A DNA stretch of 64,000 bases from Eledone cirrhosa (GCA_964016885.1 OZ024756.1:44330001-44394000); one strand, 5' to 3'. Positions 27,746-42,806 are shown, numbered from the stretch's first letter. Numbers and translations are program-made. Notes: a model not told the origin generated them from the sequence alone.

Positions 27746-28003
27746 GTATATATATATAGTATATGTATATATATACATATATATATATATATATGAACGT
27801 ATATCTGTGTTTGTTCGTTAATTATGACTTTGAAAGTTTAATTGATTTGTGTATCGATTAGATTTTCAAAAAGAGAGAGACTAATGATGTGATTGTGTAG
27901 GATGATGTCTGTAAAGTATCATAGATTTCTTGTTTACATCGGCAATATGAGTACAGGGTACTCGTATTGCGGATGTAAACTCAGGCACACACACACACAC
28001 ACA

Positions 28004-28062
<59 letters not shown>

Positions 28063-28910
28063 ATACATGTATATACTTCAATGCAAACAGACGGCCGGAT
28101 TCCAAATATTCAATTAATGTTGCAAAATTCACAACACGTATTTCTATGCCCTGTTTACATGATCAGTTCTTGACCTTAGATGTATAGTGATGTCATCAGG
28201 TGTAAATTGCAAAGATTAAGTAATCAATCACTGGATTAGGGCAAACCTAATCAGAGAACAGACTTTATTCGGAGACGGCAAGACATTCAGTATTTCCATG
28301 TTTTTACTTCTAAGCTGTATTCATTTTTTAGGTTCCACTTTTTTTTAGGTTTCAGCTTCAATTATGCCATTTAAAATCTTTTTAATGATATCCACGATAC
28401 AATTATTTATATTACCATACTTAAAAAGACCTCTTCTATGGGTTAGAAGAATTTTAAACTCATATAAAGCTTAAACAGGTAAAAATGTAAAACCGTAATG
28501 TCGGAATTGAAATTCCGTAGCCAGCATTCCATTTTAAAAAGTTAAATTGTTCTATTTTAATAATGGGTTTTGTTTGTTCTAATATATATATATATATAGC
28601 TTCTAACATTTTGTCTATTTGTATTTTCCTTATCTCTGTATGGAAATTATAGTTATTAGCTTATATAAACAAAATATTTTCAATAAATTAGTTTAAATTG
28701 AATGAAACTGATACAATTGAAATTTTGACCTTTTTGCTTAATTGCCAACAACTATCAATTTTTCGCGTGATATTTTAATTTCCTGATATGCACCTGTAGT
28801 GAAATACATACATATATACATTCATATTTATATATATGTATACACACGCATATATATATATACATACATACATACGTATCACATGAATACATAGATTTTT
28901 GTGCGAGAGT

Positions 28911-28958
<48 letters not shown>

Positions 28959-29236
28959 TATGTATAAACTTTCACACACACACACACGCACATACACACA
29001 CATGCACAGGCATACACATAGGTTTTAATAATCATATTTAGAAGGACATAAAATATCATCTCACGTTTAGAATTTCAATTATAGAGAAATACAATAAAAG
29101 TGTGGAAAAGTTGTAAACAACAAAAGCAATAAAAAACACAGCGTCAAGAGGATCGAAGTAATAGGAATATTGACTTTGTAATAGGAATGTTGAAAACACA
29201 TCCTCCTCTTCCGTTTTCTCTCTCTCTCTCTCTCTG

Positions 29237-29307
<71 letters not shown>

Positions 29308-30064
29308 ATGTGTGTGTGTGGATGTGTGTCTATATGTCTATATGTTAGGTTGTTTAATTTTTTTATGTATCACATCCGCAACAACGCAGCACGCCATTTT
29401 TCATATATATATATATAAAGGAAAAAAGGGTTTGAAAAGCGCACCTGGTATATAAAGGATCTTTATAACATGTACAAAAATTGATGTAAAAACTTTATAT
29501 ATACTAGGTGCGCATTTAAAACTTTTTCCTTATATAACGTGATCTGTATAGAATGTTTTCTAGCGTCAACATTTTTTTCAATATATATATATAATGAATA
29601 ATAAAACAGGTAGACATCATAAAAAGGTAATTTGTTCCGAGTGCTTACAAATGTTTCTTTAGTAGTTACACAGCCTAGTCATGCTGTGTGCAAATTGGTA
29701 GTTATTTATTTGCAGATACTCAATTTTCAAATGCTGTTTATCCTACCATGTCATCAGAGCAAATTGCTAAAATGTAAATTCCCTTGTATTTCTTAAAGGG
29801 AGTTATTGGGGAAAATAGAGTAGAAAAGGAAGAGAGAAAGAAGGGGAGAAGGAGAGAGAGAGAGATATGTAGGGGTCGGAGAAATGGGAGAGAGGGGATT
29901 GAAAAAAACAGATAGCTTAATCTAGGGGTCCAACAAGTGGTTTTATTATACTGCTTATTCTCAAAGTGACAACTTAGGCATTGTCTTAATATTGTCAAGT
30001 TTGGAATTATTTATTGCCACAGAGAGCAGGTTGATAGATGTGGAGAAGGAGGGAGATAGACAGA

Positions 30065-30129
<65 letters not shown>

Positions 30130-30451
30130 AAGAGAGAGAGAGGGGACAGAAAAAAGCTAAGAGAAGGGGAAGGAAAGGTGATATACACCGAGTTCGTAGT
30201 TGTAGTTTGCTGATCGCACTTAACTCGTTGAGTAACCCTTCACCGTACGTCGACTCTATCTAGTGTAGTAATTAACCATTACTGCATTCAGGATAATCCT
30301 AAGCATTTCTTGCATAACCTAATATATATAAATATATATATACTCTTTATATCTCTCTGTCTCTATTACTCTCCCTTTCTTTTACTCTCTCACTCTCTCT
30401 CTCTCTAACTTTGTCGTATTTGCATATCAATGTCAATGACCTGATATTTCA

Positions 30452-30612
30452 TTAGGGTCGGACACCATGCTTTCCAGCATAGTTGCGTCCCTTTACGGTC
30501 TGAGTTCAAATCCCTCCAAGGTTAACTTTGCCTTTCATCCTTACGGGGTCGATAAAATAAAGTACCAGTAATACACTGGGATAATTGCTGGCCTTGTGCC
30601 AAAAGTAAAAAC
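30452..30612 (+). mobile_element. tRNA-derived SINE (abundant family)
   Basis: B-box-like gagttcaaatcc followed by ctttgcctttcatccttacggggtcgataaaataaagtaccagt; many copies in the window. Confidence 0.75.
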
Positions 30613-31275
30613 AATTATATTATATTATATATTATATTATATTATATAGTTACGATAAGGAATATAACAACAGTAATAATAACAACAGTAATAATAATGA
30701 CAACGATAATGACGACGATAATTACGACAACGATGATGATGAATGTGACAGGAAATATTGATGTATTCATGGCAGTTCTGACGATGATGATGATCATCAT
30801 CATTATCATTATCATTATTATCATTATTAGTGCGGTGGATATGCATAGATATTTCCCTAGTTGATGTCTAAATTCCAATGAAAGAGTCACGTGTCTATAT
30901 TAGGAACCGACTTCATATTGGTAAAAATCTATAAAATTATAAAACCTGACATACATGCATATATACATACATCTGTGTGTCAGTGAGTGTGTTAAATATA
31001 GCATTAGAAACTACGTTCAATTTAGATGACGGAGGTGAGGTTGGAGGTCGAGTTATTATATTATATTAAAATAAATGAGATTCGTTAAAGACGGTCTTAT
31101 ATTTAGCACTGTACGAACTCATATGTATGCTTTCAACAAGCTCAGTGATTCATACAGCCACCTATTAAGAATCGTATTTATATTTAATATTATATGATAA
31201 TATTATTCCTGACATATAACCGCGCCAATAGTCTTTTAATTGAAAATGGCATCAATTTCCATAAATACACACATA

Positions 31276-31309
<34 letters not shown>

Positions 31310-31310
<1 letters not shown>

Positions 31311-31470
31311 ATTGTTTCTACAATAGGCACAAGGCCAGCAATTATCCCAGTGTATTACTGGTACTTTATTTTATCGACCCCCGTTAGGATGAAAGGCAAA
31401 GTTAACCTCGACGGGATTTGAACTCAGAATGGCAAGCATGGCGTCCGACCCTCTACCGATACTGCCAAAT
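31310..31470 (-). mobile_element. SINE, same family
   Basis: Reverse complement of the same body (actggtactttattttatcgacccc..gatgaaaggcaaagtt). Confidence 0.75.
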
Positions 31471-31877
31471 ATATATATAATGATATATGGCATGTTACGA
31501 ATAAACATTTCAAAGAATTTTTGTTGTGAATTTTGCTGTGAATTTTGGAAGCTGATTGTTAGCACCATTCCAACAAAAGCAGGAGGGGATAACTATCGAC
31601 GATCGTTCCTGGCTAGTGGCCCTTATCAAGATAGTACTCCCCTACTTTACTTTCTGCTGGAGTTCAATATAGGCGAAAATATTTTGTTTTTCCGTACATG
31701 GGTTGATTAGCCTCATTTGCATATAGAACAGCTGTGAAGGAGAGACAACTTTATATTTTCGCTTCCGTCGACGTCGTCGACATTTCCCTCTCGTATCTAT
31801 GTGGGTGTATGTGTGTGTGTATATATATTATATATATGTGTGGGTGCGTGTGTACATATGTATATATATATATATAT

Positions 31878-31927
<50 letters not shown>

Positions 31928-31928
31928 A

Positions 31929-32005
<77 letters not shown>

Positions 32006-33791
32006 CGAGAGGAGGCGGGGTGTATAATGTAGATACAATGATGTATATTATTTTCTTAGCTTGTTTATTCTTCTATTACATTTCCTAATTGTCTCATGTC
32101 ACTAATCACTATATAATTACTGTATTGTTTAATTGGTGATAATGGCCAACATGTTATGCTCATTAGAATGAAAAAGACAAAGACGACCATTAAGGCATTC
32201 ATTTTGTTCGTCTTCTAAATCTTCTAAATCCTGTTCATCCCCTTAGCCACCATCATCTTCCTCTTCGTAGCCGTCATCATCTTAACGGCGTTTATCTATT
32301 GACTTAGTAATTTGCCTGTTTAGCTACGTTTCTTTTTGTCAACTCGAGTATAAGTACGTTTGAGTGTGTGATGTCTGTTTACTGATATTAGAGAGGAAGT
32401 GAGAAATAGATATAGATGAAGAATCGATACCAGTGCTGCACAGAATTCACAGAGTCGGTACGAATACTATACAGTGTCCTTTTCAACTTTCTAACGATTC
32501 TGTCAATTCGCTACTTACATGGTATGATATTCGAACCTGAAAACTCATGGTTACAGAGTGAAACCATTAACCTCACAGACAATAATGAGTTCATAGTATA
32601 AAAAATCAATGATATACTTTTCTGAAAATTAGGTCAATAATTTCAAACAAGTGACTTAATTGTATACGTCTAACATCGCTTTAAGCGAACTTTGGTGGAA
32701 TATAGTGATGGTATGTTAAAAGAACTCTGACAATTAATATATACGTACATAAAAGCATGCATACGTACACACACACACAAACATACACAAACATATATAT
32801 ACATATATTCATACATAAATGAGAAAACTCAACATAATATATGTTAAACAGCTAAACGCTATCAATGATAGCATTGGGTAAAAAATAGTGGTCGGTAGAG
32901 AGACATTCAACAAGGTAGGTGACAGGCAGGTGAAATTGAGAGAGGGGGAGAGAGGGGGAGGGGAAGTGTGTTGGTACACAAAAGTGACTGGAAGAAGGAA
33001 ATAAAGAAAGGTGATGTACAAGACAAGTTTACACATCTTCACCCTCACCACTTCTCACACCAGTAAAAATGGTTTCGCATGATTTAACTGCGAGTAGCAT
33101 TTTAAAATTGCTGGATCATGCAACAGAAAAAATAAATTTTTATACTTGCTGCTCCTGCTGTCACTTTTTCGTTTACGTCACTTCCGCCGGCCAAAAGCTT
33201 TTGATGTCCTTTCTAGCGGCGGCCTGGTGTTGATAAGGACCAATCTTACTTCACTCTCTCATTTGTCTGTCTATCTCTTTTGTTTGCTTTATCTCACACA
33301 CATCATAGCGGCAGAAAACACACACACTCATACAACTCTGTGTGTGTGTGTGTGGTGTGTGGTGTGTGGTGTGTGGTGTGTGGTGTGTGTGTGTGTTTGT
33401 GTGTACACATACATACACAACCAGAACAAGAATGTGGCGTGTAGAATAAGATGTAGAGCTGTCGCTAGGAAGGTTTGTTTATCTCATCTGCATATTTATT
33501 CAATGTCAATGTTATATTCCTCACCTTCTTAAAATAAACTTTCTTCGTCTCAATCCACTCTTCCAACATAGATGCTTAGAAGAATAATATATAAAACTGA
33601 TCTCAATTTTAATTAAGAACTACTAGAGAACACGTCTGGAATTTGATATCGCCTGCAGTATTCCAGCCGTATCATTTTACGTCACGATTATATTTCAGAC
33701 AATAATATCTGATACACGTTATCTCTCTCTATTTCTATATCCACCTCTTTTTCTACACTCACACTGTCTCTATCTTTCTTTCACTTCACCC

Positions 33792-33881
<90 letters not shown>

Positions 33882-34137
33882 GGTCATATTGTTTATTCTT
33901 CCTTTAAGGAAGAAGGCTGTTATAAATCAAAATGGAGGTTGGTCACGACATGCTAGCGGCGTGGTCAGTAGAATACGAACAACATACACACACAGCACAT
34001 ACCTGTTAACACACTATCACTTGAATGTGCGCACGCACATACATATCTATGTATACATAGGCATACATTTACACACACAGAGGCACAAGCATATATATAT
34101 ATAGACATATATATATATATAGACACATATATATATA

Positions 34138-34217
<80 letters not shown>

Positions 34218-34233
34218 TATATATATATATATA

Positions 34234-34320
34234 GGAACGAGTAGGACTCCGACGGCTGAGCTCAAGCCGTTTCGACGGCTAATTCTGGTCCACCTGGTTC
34301 CTTACCACATTTCCTTCGTT
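34234..34320. mobile_element. Tiny inverted Penelope pLTR fragment with the 3' half of a hammerhead
   Basis: Minus strand reads ...UAGCCGUC GAAA CGGCU UGAGCUC AGCCG UC GGAGUCC; same family as 50578-50779; (TA)n flanks. Confidence 0.65.
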
Positions 34321-34463
34321 ATATATATAGAGAGAGATATATGTATATATATATAGACACATATATATATATATATAGACATATATATATATATAGACAT
34401 ATATATATATATATATAGACATATATATATATATATATATATATAGACATATATATGTATATA

Positions 34464-34505
<42 letters not shown>

Positions 34506-34717
34506 TATATATATATATATATGTCTATATACATATATATATATATATAGACATATATATATATATATATAGACATATATATATAAATATATAGACATAT
34601 ATATATATGTATATATATAGACATATATATATATATAGACATATATATATAGAGACATATATATATATATATAGACATATATATATATAGGCATATATAT
34701 ATAAATATATAGACATA

Positions 34718-35240
34718 TTACTCTTTTACTCTTTTACCTGTTTCAGCCATCTGGCTGAGGCCATGCTGGGGCACCGCGCTTGTTGCTACACATTTTATCT
34801 CCAGCCTGTATAGGTTGGCCACTGGTGTAAGAGGGAGTTTGTTGCTGCTGCCCTTAGGTTTCCCTCGTGCCTTGCTGTGGGCTCATCCTGGATCCTGGAT
34901 AACAAGGTGTCGAGATGTTTCTTGAAGACATCCACCTCCACGTCGTGCAAATCTCTCAGATCCCTCGGCAGCTTGTTAAAGAGTTTAGGGCCCTTGAATC
35001 CCAGGCTATTGCAATACCCGCTCCTTATTCTAGATGTGGAAGACGGGACCTTTGGCACCACACAGTGACGTCCTGTTCGACGGTTGGTCCAGCTCCCAAT
35101 GCCAAAGTTTGGTTGCCATTTCTTCATGTAGTGTTGTGGCATCAAAGAACTCTCCTGGCTTCGTTATTTGCATGTACCTCAGTGGACATGTGAACACACT
35201 TTTGTACTGTTCGTTCAGTATTTCACATATCTCTTGGGGT
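34718..35240 (-). mobile_element. CR1/L2-group LINE 3' end with (GTAAAAGA)n tail
   Basis: ORF 34795-35145 reads GPKLFNKLPRDLR..FKKHLDTLLSRIQDEP..RAAATNSLLHQ, followed by a stem-loop 3' UTR and a short repeat tail. Confidence 0.8.
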
Positions 35241-36889
35241 TTTTTTGGTTAATGAACCGTCGGTATGGAAGAGTGGCCCAATCTTGCAGTGTACCGAGGC
35301 AATCCTCGCAATCTTAGTTCAAATCCCACCGAGGTTAGCTCTGCGTTTCATCCTTACGGTGCCAATAAAATAAAGGTACCAGTAACTAACTGAGGTCGAT
35401 TTAGAAAAATTGTTGGCCTTGAGCCTACTTCAGAGGCCATTATTACCGTTGTTTTCATTGCTGTGTTTTGGGGTGTGTGTGTGGTTGCTGTTGTAGCCGT
35501 TGTTGTTGTAGTTTTGTGTGTAGAGACATGTCTATCTGTGAGAGAGGAGAAAGATAATATAGAGATAACACGAAAAGATACGTAAAACATTTCTTGCGAC
35601 CTTCTAATGAGTCTGCCAATCAACTATATAATAACCATATAATTAGAAGAAGAAGAAGAAGAAGAAGAAGAAAATAAACCGCCTAGACATTAACGAGGAG
35701 ATGTAAGGGAACCGCCCATATATTCCAGAATTCAATGCAAAGTGGCAAGATATCACTAGATCAAAGACAATTGAGAAACTATCCAATATATCAAAGAGAG
35801 GCAAGAAAAAATCTATATAGAGTGATAGGCATAGCTATACGTTGCGACTAAAACACCGCATGGAAGACAGTGGAAGCTGATATCTATATATATATATATA
35901 TCGGAGACATTGAAACTTAACACACAGTCCAAACAATAGAACTACTTGATGTCATACACATTCTATGTAAGTTGGTTTGAATTCAGTAACAAAGAAAAGA
36001 TTAATGGATCCTCGGTCAGCTTCGACGATGACCAACCGGTCAACATTGGTGTGTACGCATTGAATTATTGTGTAAGCAGAAGTTCCAATATTTTATATTA
36101 TATATAGAGAGAGATAATTGCACGGCTGGGTTAGAAACTGAAACTGGCGGAGCTGGCGGTCGAGAGAGAAAACACAGGCGTTATAGTAATATTACCTTCC
36201 CCTTCCCCCTTTTTTAACGAGAGAGGAAGATAGAGAGAGCGAAGTGGTTGGTGTTAGAGAAATATTACCTTCCCCTCTCCACTTACTTTGGTCAGTGAGA
36301 CCGAAGGAACCACTGTTGCTATAGAAACCTTCCACGTGCCACAAGAAACCAGTTCCTGGCGGTTTCGTTCTGTCACCTGGCACCACCTCTTACACACTTG
36401 CCAGTATATAGAATATATTGTATATATTATATAGTGTATATTATACATTATTTATAATATATATATTGTATGTATAATATTTATTATAATATACAATATA
36501 TATTTAAATAATATTTATACTATTTATTATATATTTTATATTATAAATACAATATATATTAGGTATATTATAAATATAATACTTCAGGCAGGACCGGCTG
36601 GAAGACAAGTTTGACGAATTAGCCACCACGTGACCTTGCTAGGAATAAGTTGGCAAAGTAGAAGAAAATATATAGTATATATTATAAGGAAAAGACAAAG
36701 GCAAAGAATTATATATATATTATATTATATTATAAATATTATATTATATATAAATATTATATTATATATATATATTATATATATATTATATATCGTACTG
36801 GGATGAATTTAATTGACTTTCCTCCCTCTAAATTGTTGACCTTGGGCTTAAATCAGAAAGCATTATTAATTATCGGAGAATTGCGATTG

Positions 36890-37108
36890 ATTGGCACTAA
36901 CCGGTAGAGCGTCGGACAACATGCTTTGCGTTATATAGTTACGTCCATTTACATTCTTATTTTAAATCCTTCCGAGGTTTGTTTGCTTTTGATTTTATCC
37001 TTATGGGGTCAATAAAATAAAATAAAGTACCAGTAACGCACTGGAATTGATTTAATCGACTTTCCCTTCCCGCCAAATTGTTGGCCTTGTGCCTAAATCA
37101 GAAACTAT
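36890..37108 (+). mobile_element. SINE, same abundant family
   Basis: tRNA-like head, ggggtcaataaaata..aagtaccagt body, ggccttgtgcctaaa tail. Confidence 0.7.
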
Positions 37109-38016
37109 TATATTCGCCTTTTTTTTGTATTAAATATCCTATCAACTCCTTAACACACTCAATATAGAGATTAACTTTCTGTGTAATTAGCAAACATACT
37201 TTATACATTTTTTTGTGTTATAGGAGGGTGTTCATTAATTTCTCTTTCTCTCTCTCTTGAAAATTTATTACCATTCGCATGAAAATTCTGTATAAAATGT
37301 TAACTTGTTTCAAGCCTGCCTCCTTCATTTCCACGCATCCATTTTCTTTATTGAAATAATTGTTTCTATTTTTGACACAAGGCCAGCAATTACCCAGTGC
37401 ATTACAACAACTCACTAATCTTTAGAAATAAAATACAAAGTTCCTATTATCGCTCCATTTATCATTAAACAAAGAATTATTGCAACGAATTTTTTTCTTC
37501 TTTATTAGTAATAGTCATAGCAAGGAGGTGGGTGCACAGTTATGTACTTTTCTATATTGATTATATAGATTCAATATCTATAATATTAATAAGCAACTGT
37601 TTTATTATTTTTATAGGTATCGAAATACGACACTCAAGTGTTATTGTTTCTCGGGTGTAGTGAAAAGAGGCGAAACTCCAGAGTAATAAGAATATATATA
37701 TATATATATAAATATATATATTAGTTTTTAGAAAACGTAAGAGAAACATAACAAAAGGACAATTCCCTCTCTTCGGCTGTCTGTTGTGGGGTGACACATT
37801 AAAGACTGAGTGGGAATTGTCCTTGTTTTGTTTCTCTTACGTTTTCTAAACAATATTTATTAGTAACCACACAGCGCCTTTGTCACTTATATATATATAT
37901 ATATATATAAACGTTAGAATATGTGTAATAAGGCCAAGACAATGCAGATATGGACATAGAAAAAGAATGCAATCGTGAGAGATATTGATGAGAATTCGTC
38001 TTTCACCTTGAATTTA

Positions 38017-38068
38017 TTTAAATGTCCTTAATTTTCGAGATAATATCTCTTCTTCGGAGGGAAGTAAA
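38017..38068 (-). ncRNA. Minimal hammerhead in the family C pLTR (CCGAAGA variant)
   Basis: UUUA CUUC CCU CCGAAGA A GAGAU AUU AUCUC GAAA AU UA AGG ACAUU UAAA; short stem I with an internal loop. Confidence 0.6.
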
Positions 38069-38435
38069 AGTCTCAGACCAGCGTCTAAATTTCCAATGAA
38101 GCCATGCTGACCGGAAATAGTATAGAGTTCTAACTTTAATATCAAAGAATTAAAATTAGGTGGGTAAAGAGTAGTCTCCCTTTAAGAGGGGTTTGTTTAT
38201 GTTTTTGTTGTGTTTTTTAAATTTTATATGCGTGCCTGTATATGTGTGTGGGAGAAAGCATGAAGGTGTAGGTATGTGTGTGTGTGAGTGTGGGAAGATA
38301 TGTCTAATCGTAAAAGTGGGGGGTAGGTGTTATCTGGTGTTAGAACTGGTTTTGTGTGTGTATGTGTGAGAGAGAATAAGTGGAGGTGTGTGCGTGCGTG
38401 TGTGTGGGGTGTGTAAAGTGGGGCTAGAGGCCCTA

Positions 38436-39272
38436 TCAGGTTATAAATTGGGTGTTGAGCTCTAGTCTATTATTGATTGGTGGATGTGTTCTATCTATAA
38501 TGAGTGCTTCCTTGATTCTAAGATTACCGAGGTTTCTTTCTTTAGTTTCTATCCTAACTGTTATGTTTTTATCAGTGTTTTTGCATTTAACTAGGTGTTT
38601 CTTAAATGAGGAAGCGTTAGTATTGAGGTGTTCTTTTATTCTTATGTGGAGTGGTCTGGTGGTGCTACCTACGTAGAAGTTGTTGCATTTGTCACACTCT
38701 AGTCTGTAAACTACGTAAGCCTGGTGGCATAGGTCTGTGTCGTTGATGGGGCAGTTGGCTAGTCTGCAGCAGTTGTCATGTCTGGTGGAGTGTCTCTTAG
38801 CTAGCCGTCCACGCAAAGAAGGACCCGAATGGGCCAGTTGAATATCCAGACCTTCTCGTCTGATGGCTCTGCGGATGGCTGTTGTTGTTTCTTCACTGAA
38901 GTGTGGGAGCTTCAGGAAGCAAGTGTTAGTGCCTCGGGTGTGGTGTCCTCTGTTCTTTCTGGCACGGTTTGTGGTGGATGTCGTGTATCCGTTCAGTTTG
39001 AGTACTTCCAGGAAATGTGTGGTGTGTGTGTCTCGGTCTCTGGCGTCGGTGCATTTGTTCTTGATACGTGCCAGTTCGTTCTTTATGTATCCGAACTTGG
39101 CACCGAGTGGGAGGGCCGATCTGAAATGTACGAACAGGTCCCTGCTGGCGGATTTTTTATAGAAGCAGGTGTGGATGTTGCCTTCCTCTGTTACCCTGAG
39201 TTGGAAGTCCAGCAGGGATAGGGATCCGCGGTCATCGGGGTGTTCTATGCTGAACTTTATACTGGCGTCCAT
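38436..39272 (-). CDS. Penelope-like RT C-terminus/thumb, Zn finger and GIY-YIG endonuclease (uninterrupted 278-aa fragment)
   Basis: IKFSIE..LSLLDFQL, HFRSALP..K, CCRLANCP..C, VVYRLECDKCNNFYVGSTTRPLHIRIKEH, LRIKEALII...PPIN. Confidence 0.9.
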   Translation of the reverse strand: MDASIKFSIEHPDDRGSLSLLDFQLRVTEEGNIHTCFYKKSASRDLFVHFRSALPLGAKFGYIKNELARIKNKCTDARDRDTHTTHFLEVLKLNGYTTSTTNRARKNRGHHTRGTNTCFLKLPHFSEETTTAIRRAIRREGLDIQLAHSGPSLRGRLAKRHSTRHDNCCRLANCPINDTDLCHQAYVVYRLECDKCNNFYVGSTTRPLHIRIKEHLNTNASSFKKHLVKCKNTDKNITVRIETKERNLGNLRIKEALIIDRTHPPINNRLELNTQFIT

Positions 39273-39424
39273 GCTGGAGAATGTTGTGTATATATATATA
39301 TGTTGTGTATATATATATATATATATATACTTTGAGTATATATATATATATAAAACTATGTGTATTAAATGTTTTCAATTATGTGTGTATATTTCTATCT
39401 TCCCGTGTGAATTAACATTTATGA

Positions 39425-39461
<37 letters not shown>

Positions 39462-40259
39462 GTGTGTGTGTGGGGGGGTCGTCTGGGTGTGTGTGTCTGG
39501 GGGGGGGTCTGGGGGTGTGTGTCTGGGGTATGTGTGTGTCTGGGTGTATGAATGTGTGCTTGTGTTGATATATATATACATATATATAAATGTATATATT
39601 TCCGTTGATAATTACTTTTATGTGTAAAAATATATCTTCGAAGCTTGCGGTAATTGCTGATTTAATTCCAATGTAATTATGATTTGTGACTAATTATCAG
39701 AAATAAAAACACATCATTTAAAAAACAAAAATGACACATTTGAACATTCTTGCATAATTTTACAATTTACCAATTTAGCATCAATTTTTAATGATGTTTT
39801 GAAAATTAACCATTAAAAATATGCTGTATGTGATAAACAACGAATAGAAGTTATATCATCATCATCAGATTCATTAGCATCATCAACGACAACAACTACT
39901 GCAACAATAACAACAACAACAACAACTACAGCAACAGCCACGGTAGTAGCAGCCACAGTAGTAGCAACAACAACAACGACGACAATAAGCTGATCAATTA
40001 TAACAACAACAACAAACTCATCATTTAATTTAATAGCTGTAAGAACAACAAAAACAACACCAAAACCACTACAATAACAACATGATCAATTGCTGTGATA
40101 ACAACAACAATAAATAAAAACATCAAAACAAAATAACAACAACTACAACAAGAGCAACATCAGTAAAAACAATATAAACAGCAAGACACAGCAGTCAAAT
40201 ATCCCTCAATATAGACCTATATATCAATAAGTAAAGGACACCTTAGTTAATGTAGGTCT

Positions 40260-40505
40260 AGATAGCTTTAAATGGTTGGGTAGATGGCCGTAACTCGGGG
40301 GGGGGGGGTCGTGGAAAGCCCCGTGTCGACATACGGCCTTTCTGAGGGCATTTTAAGACTTGTTGAAGCCCCTCCATTCTCCAGGTCTGAATACAGCAAA
40401 TTTCTTCCAGAGAAAGATAAAAAGTGATAGAAAGGAAGTGAGAAAGAGATATAGAGGAAGAATCGGTCCCAGTATTTGACTGGTACTCTTTTTTATCGAC
40501 ATCGA
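40260..40505 (-). mobile_element. SINE copy with extended LINE-like 3' tail
   Basis: SINE body plus ctctggaagaaatttgctgtattcagacctggag tail, shared with 49303-49520, 61270-61560 and 62435-62660. Confidence 0.65.
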
Positions 40506-41065
40506 ATAGATAACAATATATATAGACATTAGCTAGAGCGAACATGAGTTCCATCATGTTATCAGTATTACAAAAATTTTAAATACCTGCCAATAAATAT
40601 AAGCAGTTCAGGAACCATGGCACAAGACCTGACCTTAGAATATACGCTCTTAAAATTTTAATCACAATCATTTTCATTTCTTTAATATAGGTTAAATTGA
40701 ACATCCCAATAAGATTTAATGAAACGAAGGTCACAGCCATAATAAAATATTTCTGTTATATTATGAAGACTCCAGTTATTCCATTAATACAGAAACCTGA
40801 AGTGGCTTTTTGATTAACCATAAATAATATTCTTAGTTTTCAATATATAAATATATAATTTGTTAGATAAACCAGGCTACAAGGAGCCTTAAAGTTACAT
40901 TTTAAAGATCCAAATTAAAGCCGTTATTATTAATATTGTGAATGGTACATATTGTATTTATATCATTGCTATTGTGATATGACTGCATCATGTATGTATG
41001 TGTATCTATCTATCTATATATATGCATATGCACACATACATACATATATGTATATATATATACAC

Positions 41066-41112
<47 letters not shown>

Positions 41113-41129
41113 TGTACACATATATATAT

Positions 41130-41194
<65 letters not shown>

Positions 41195-41879
41195 TATATA
41201 TATATACATATACATATATATACACATATATTTATACATACATATATATACACATATATATATATACATTATATATATATATATATACATATATATACAT
41301 ACATATGTATACACATATATATACATTATGTATATATATAATATGGTAATTATTTCCAGTTATAGATCGACCTGTCATTGTATTGAGAATATCTGAATAT
41401 AAGGAATCACATATGAATATAATGTTTTAATGAGCGCTGTATGAGATGACAATAAGAGAGTGAATCCCTTAAGCTACGGCAGTTAAATGATATTTTCTAG
41501 ATGCTACATTGACCCTTCGGTTACCTATTGTGTTTTATCAGTTATATAAATGTTCTTCGCCGAGTTATTGTTATATCTTTGGAGACGACTCTTCACATCA
41601 TAGGTTTATTATTGATCAAAATATATAAACTGATATTTAGATAATAGACTTGGAAAGTTGACATCTTGAGGTATAAATAATATATAAAAGATAAAACTAT
41701 CTCACAACATCTTGCTTCTTTTGAAGTGTAAATGAAAAGAACTAGCATGTGGCCTATGATAAAAGTATCAAACTTTGCAAGACTGTAGATAAAGTTATAA
41801 AACAACCACCATAACATTCCGTTCCACTGTTAAAAAGAAACACCATATCCCTTCAGTAGAGGAATTATCAACCTCTTGT

Positions 41880-42056
41880 CTAACTGACCAAGATACTCTC
41901 ATGGAATGACCAAATGAGGTTTATATTTCAACATAATCCCTGGAAAGAAACAATGCAGTTATTAATAAGAAGAGTTGAAATTCATGCATGCAAGATTTCT
42001 CAGCCCTAGCATCACTCGTTCATCGTCAGCTTATGAACTTTTCAGTCGACCCTCGT
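41880..42056. mobile_element. Mariner-type MITE (partial)
   Basis: Ends in ttatgaacttttcagtcgaccctcgTA. Related pieces at 45750-45875, 46908-47060, about 57805-57835 and 60566-60710 (TAcgagggtcagctgaaaagttc). Confidence 0.7.
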
Positions 42057-42806
42057 ATATAATTTATTTTGACATCTGAATCGATAAATAATTCCCCATA
42101 CTGCATTGAACTTTTAAGCTCCATTGTATTTCACAGCTTTCATTTGATTATAGCCACACCATTGACTATTCTTAAAGTAATATTAGCACTGAAGTTATGA
42201 ATTCTGAAGGTTCCTTAAATGGATTGGCTTCAGTTGCATCTTTCTAGTGCGAAATTGAATAAATCAACCCAGAAACCACCACTATCTATGATAATATTCA
42301 ATCGACTAAATGAAATTTCAATCATTGAATTTCTCCATAACGTTTTCAGATATCCTTATTGTTTCCTTCATGTAAACAATGAACTCTTTCAGTATTTAGA
42401 GTGTTTTTCTGTTCTAACACAAAAGACATATTTTGTTAACACATAGCTGTCTCTTTTTAATGTGAAAATTTTAGTAGCGTTCTTTCATAAAACCTTCTTG
42501 GTCAATTTTGAAGACAACACTGCTCCAGTTTTATCATTTATACACACACACACACATATATATATATATACACTTACACATATATGTGTATGTGTGTGTA
42601 TTTATATACATTTAATTATAAAACATATATGTGTGTGTGTGCTTGCATGAGTATATGTGCATCTGTATATGCGTGAGTATGAACCTCAATTTTTCTACTC
42701 AATAAACGCCAAATGATTTCATATGCATGAGAAATAAATTAAATATTCTATGAATTAATTTTATTATTTTGGCATAATTCTGCACACTGATACATACATA
42801 CATACA

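Larger units (their letters stand above)
37909..39285 (-). mobile_element. 5'-truncated Penelope-like element (family C) in (TA)n
   Basis: RT C-terminus and GIY-YIG ORF followed by a pLTR containing an HHR motif. Confidence 0.9.

Noticed and set aside
33165-33230. CRE and ETS-like motifs (ttacgtca, cacttccg) as a promoter
   Set aside because: Short motifs with no associated gene evidence.
37665-37692. GAAA-CUCCAGAG-UA half motif
   Set aside because: No upstream CUGANGA or matching stem I found.
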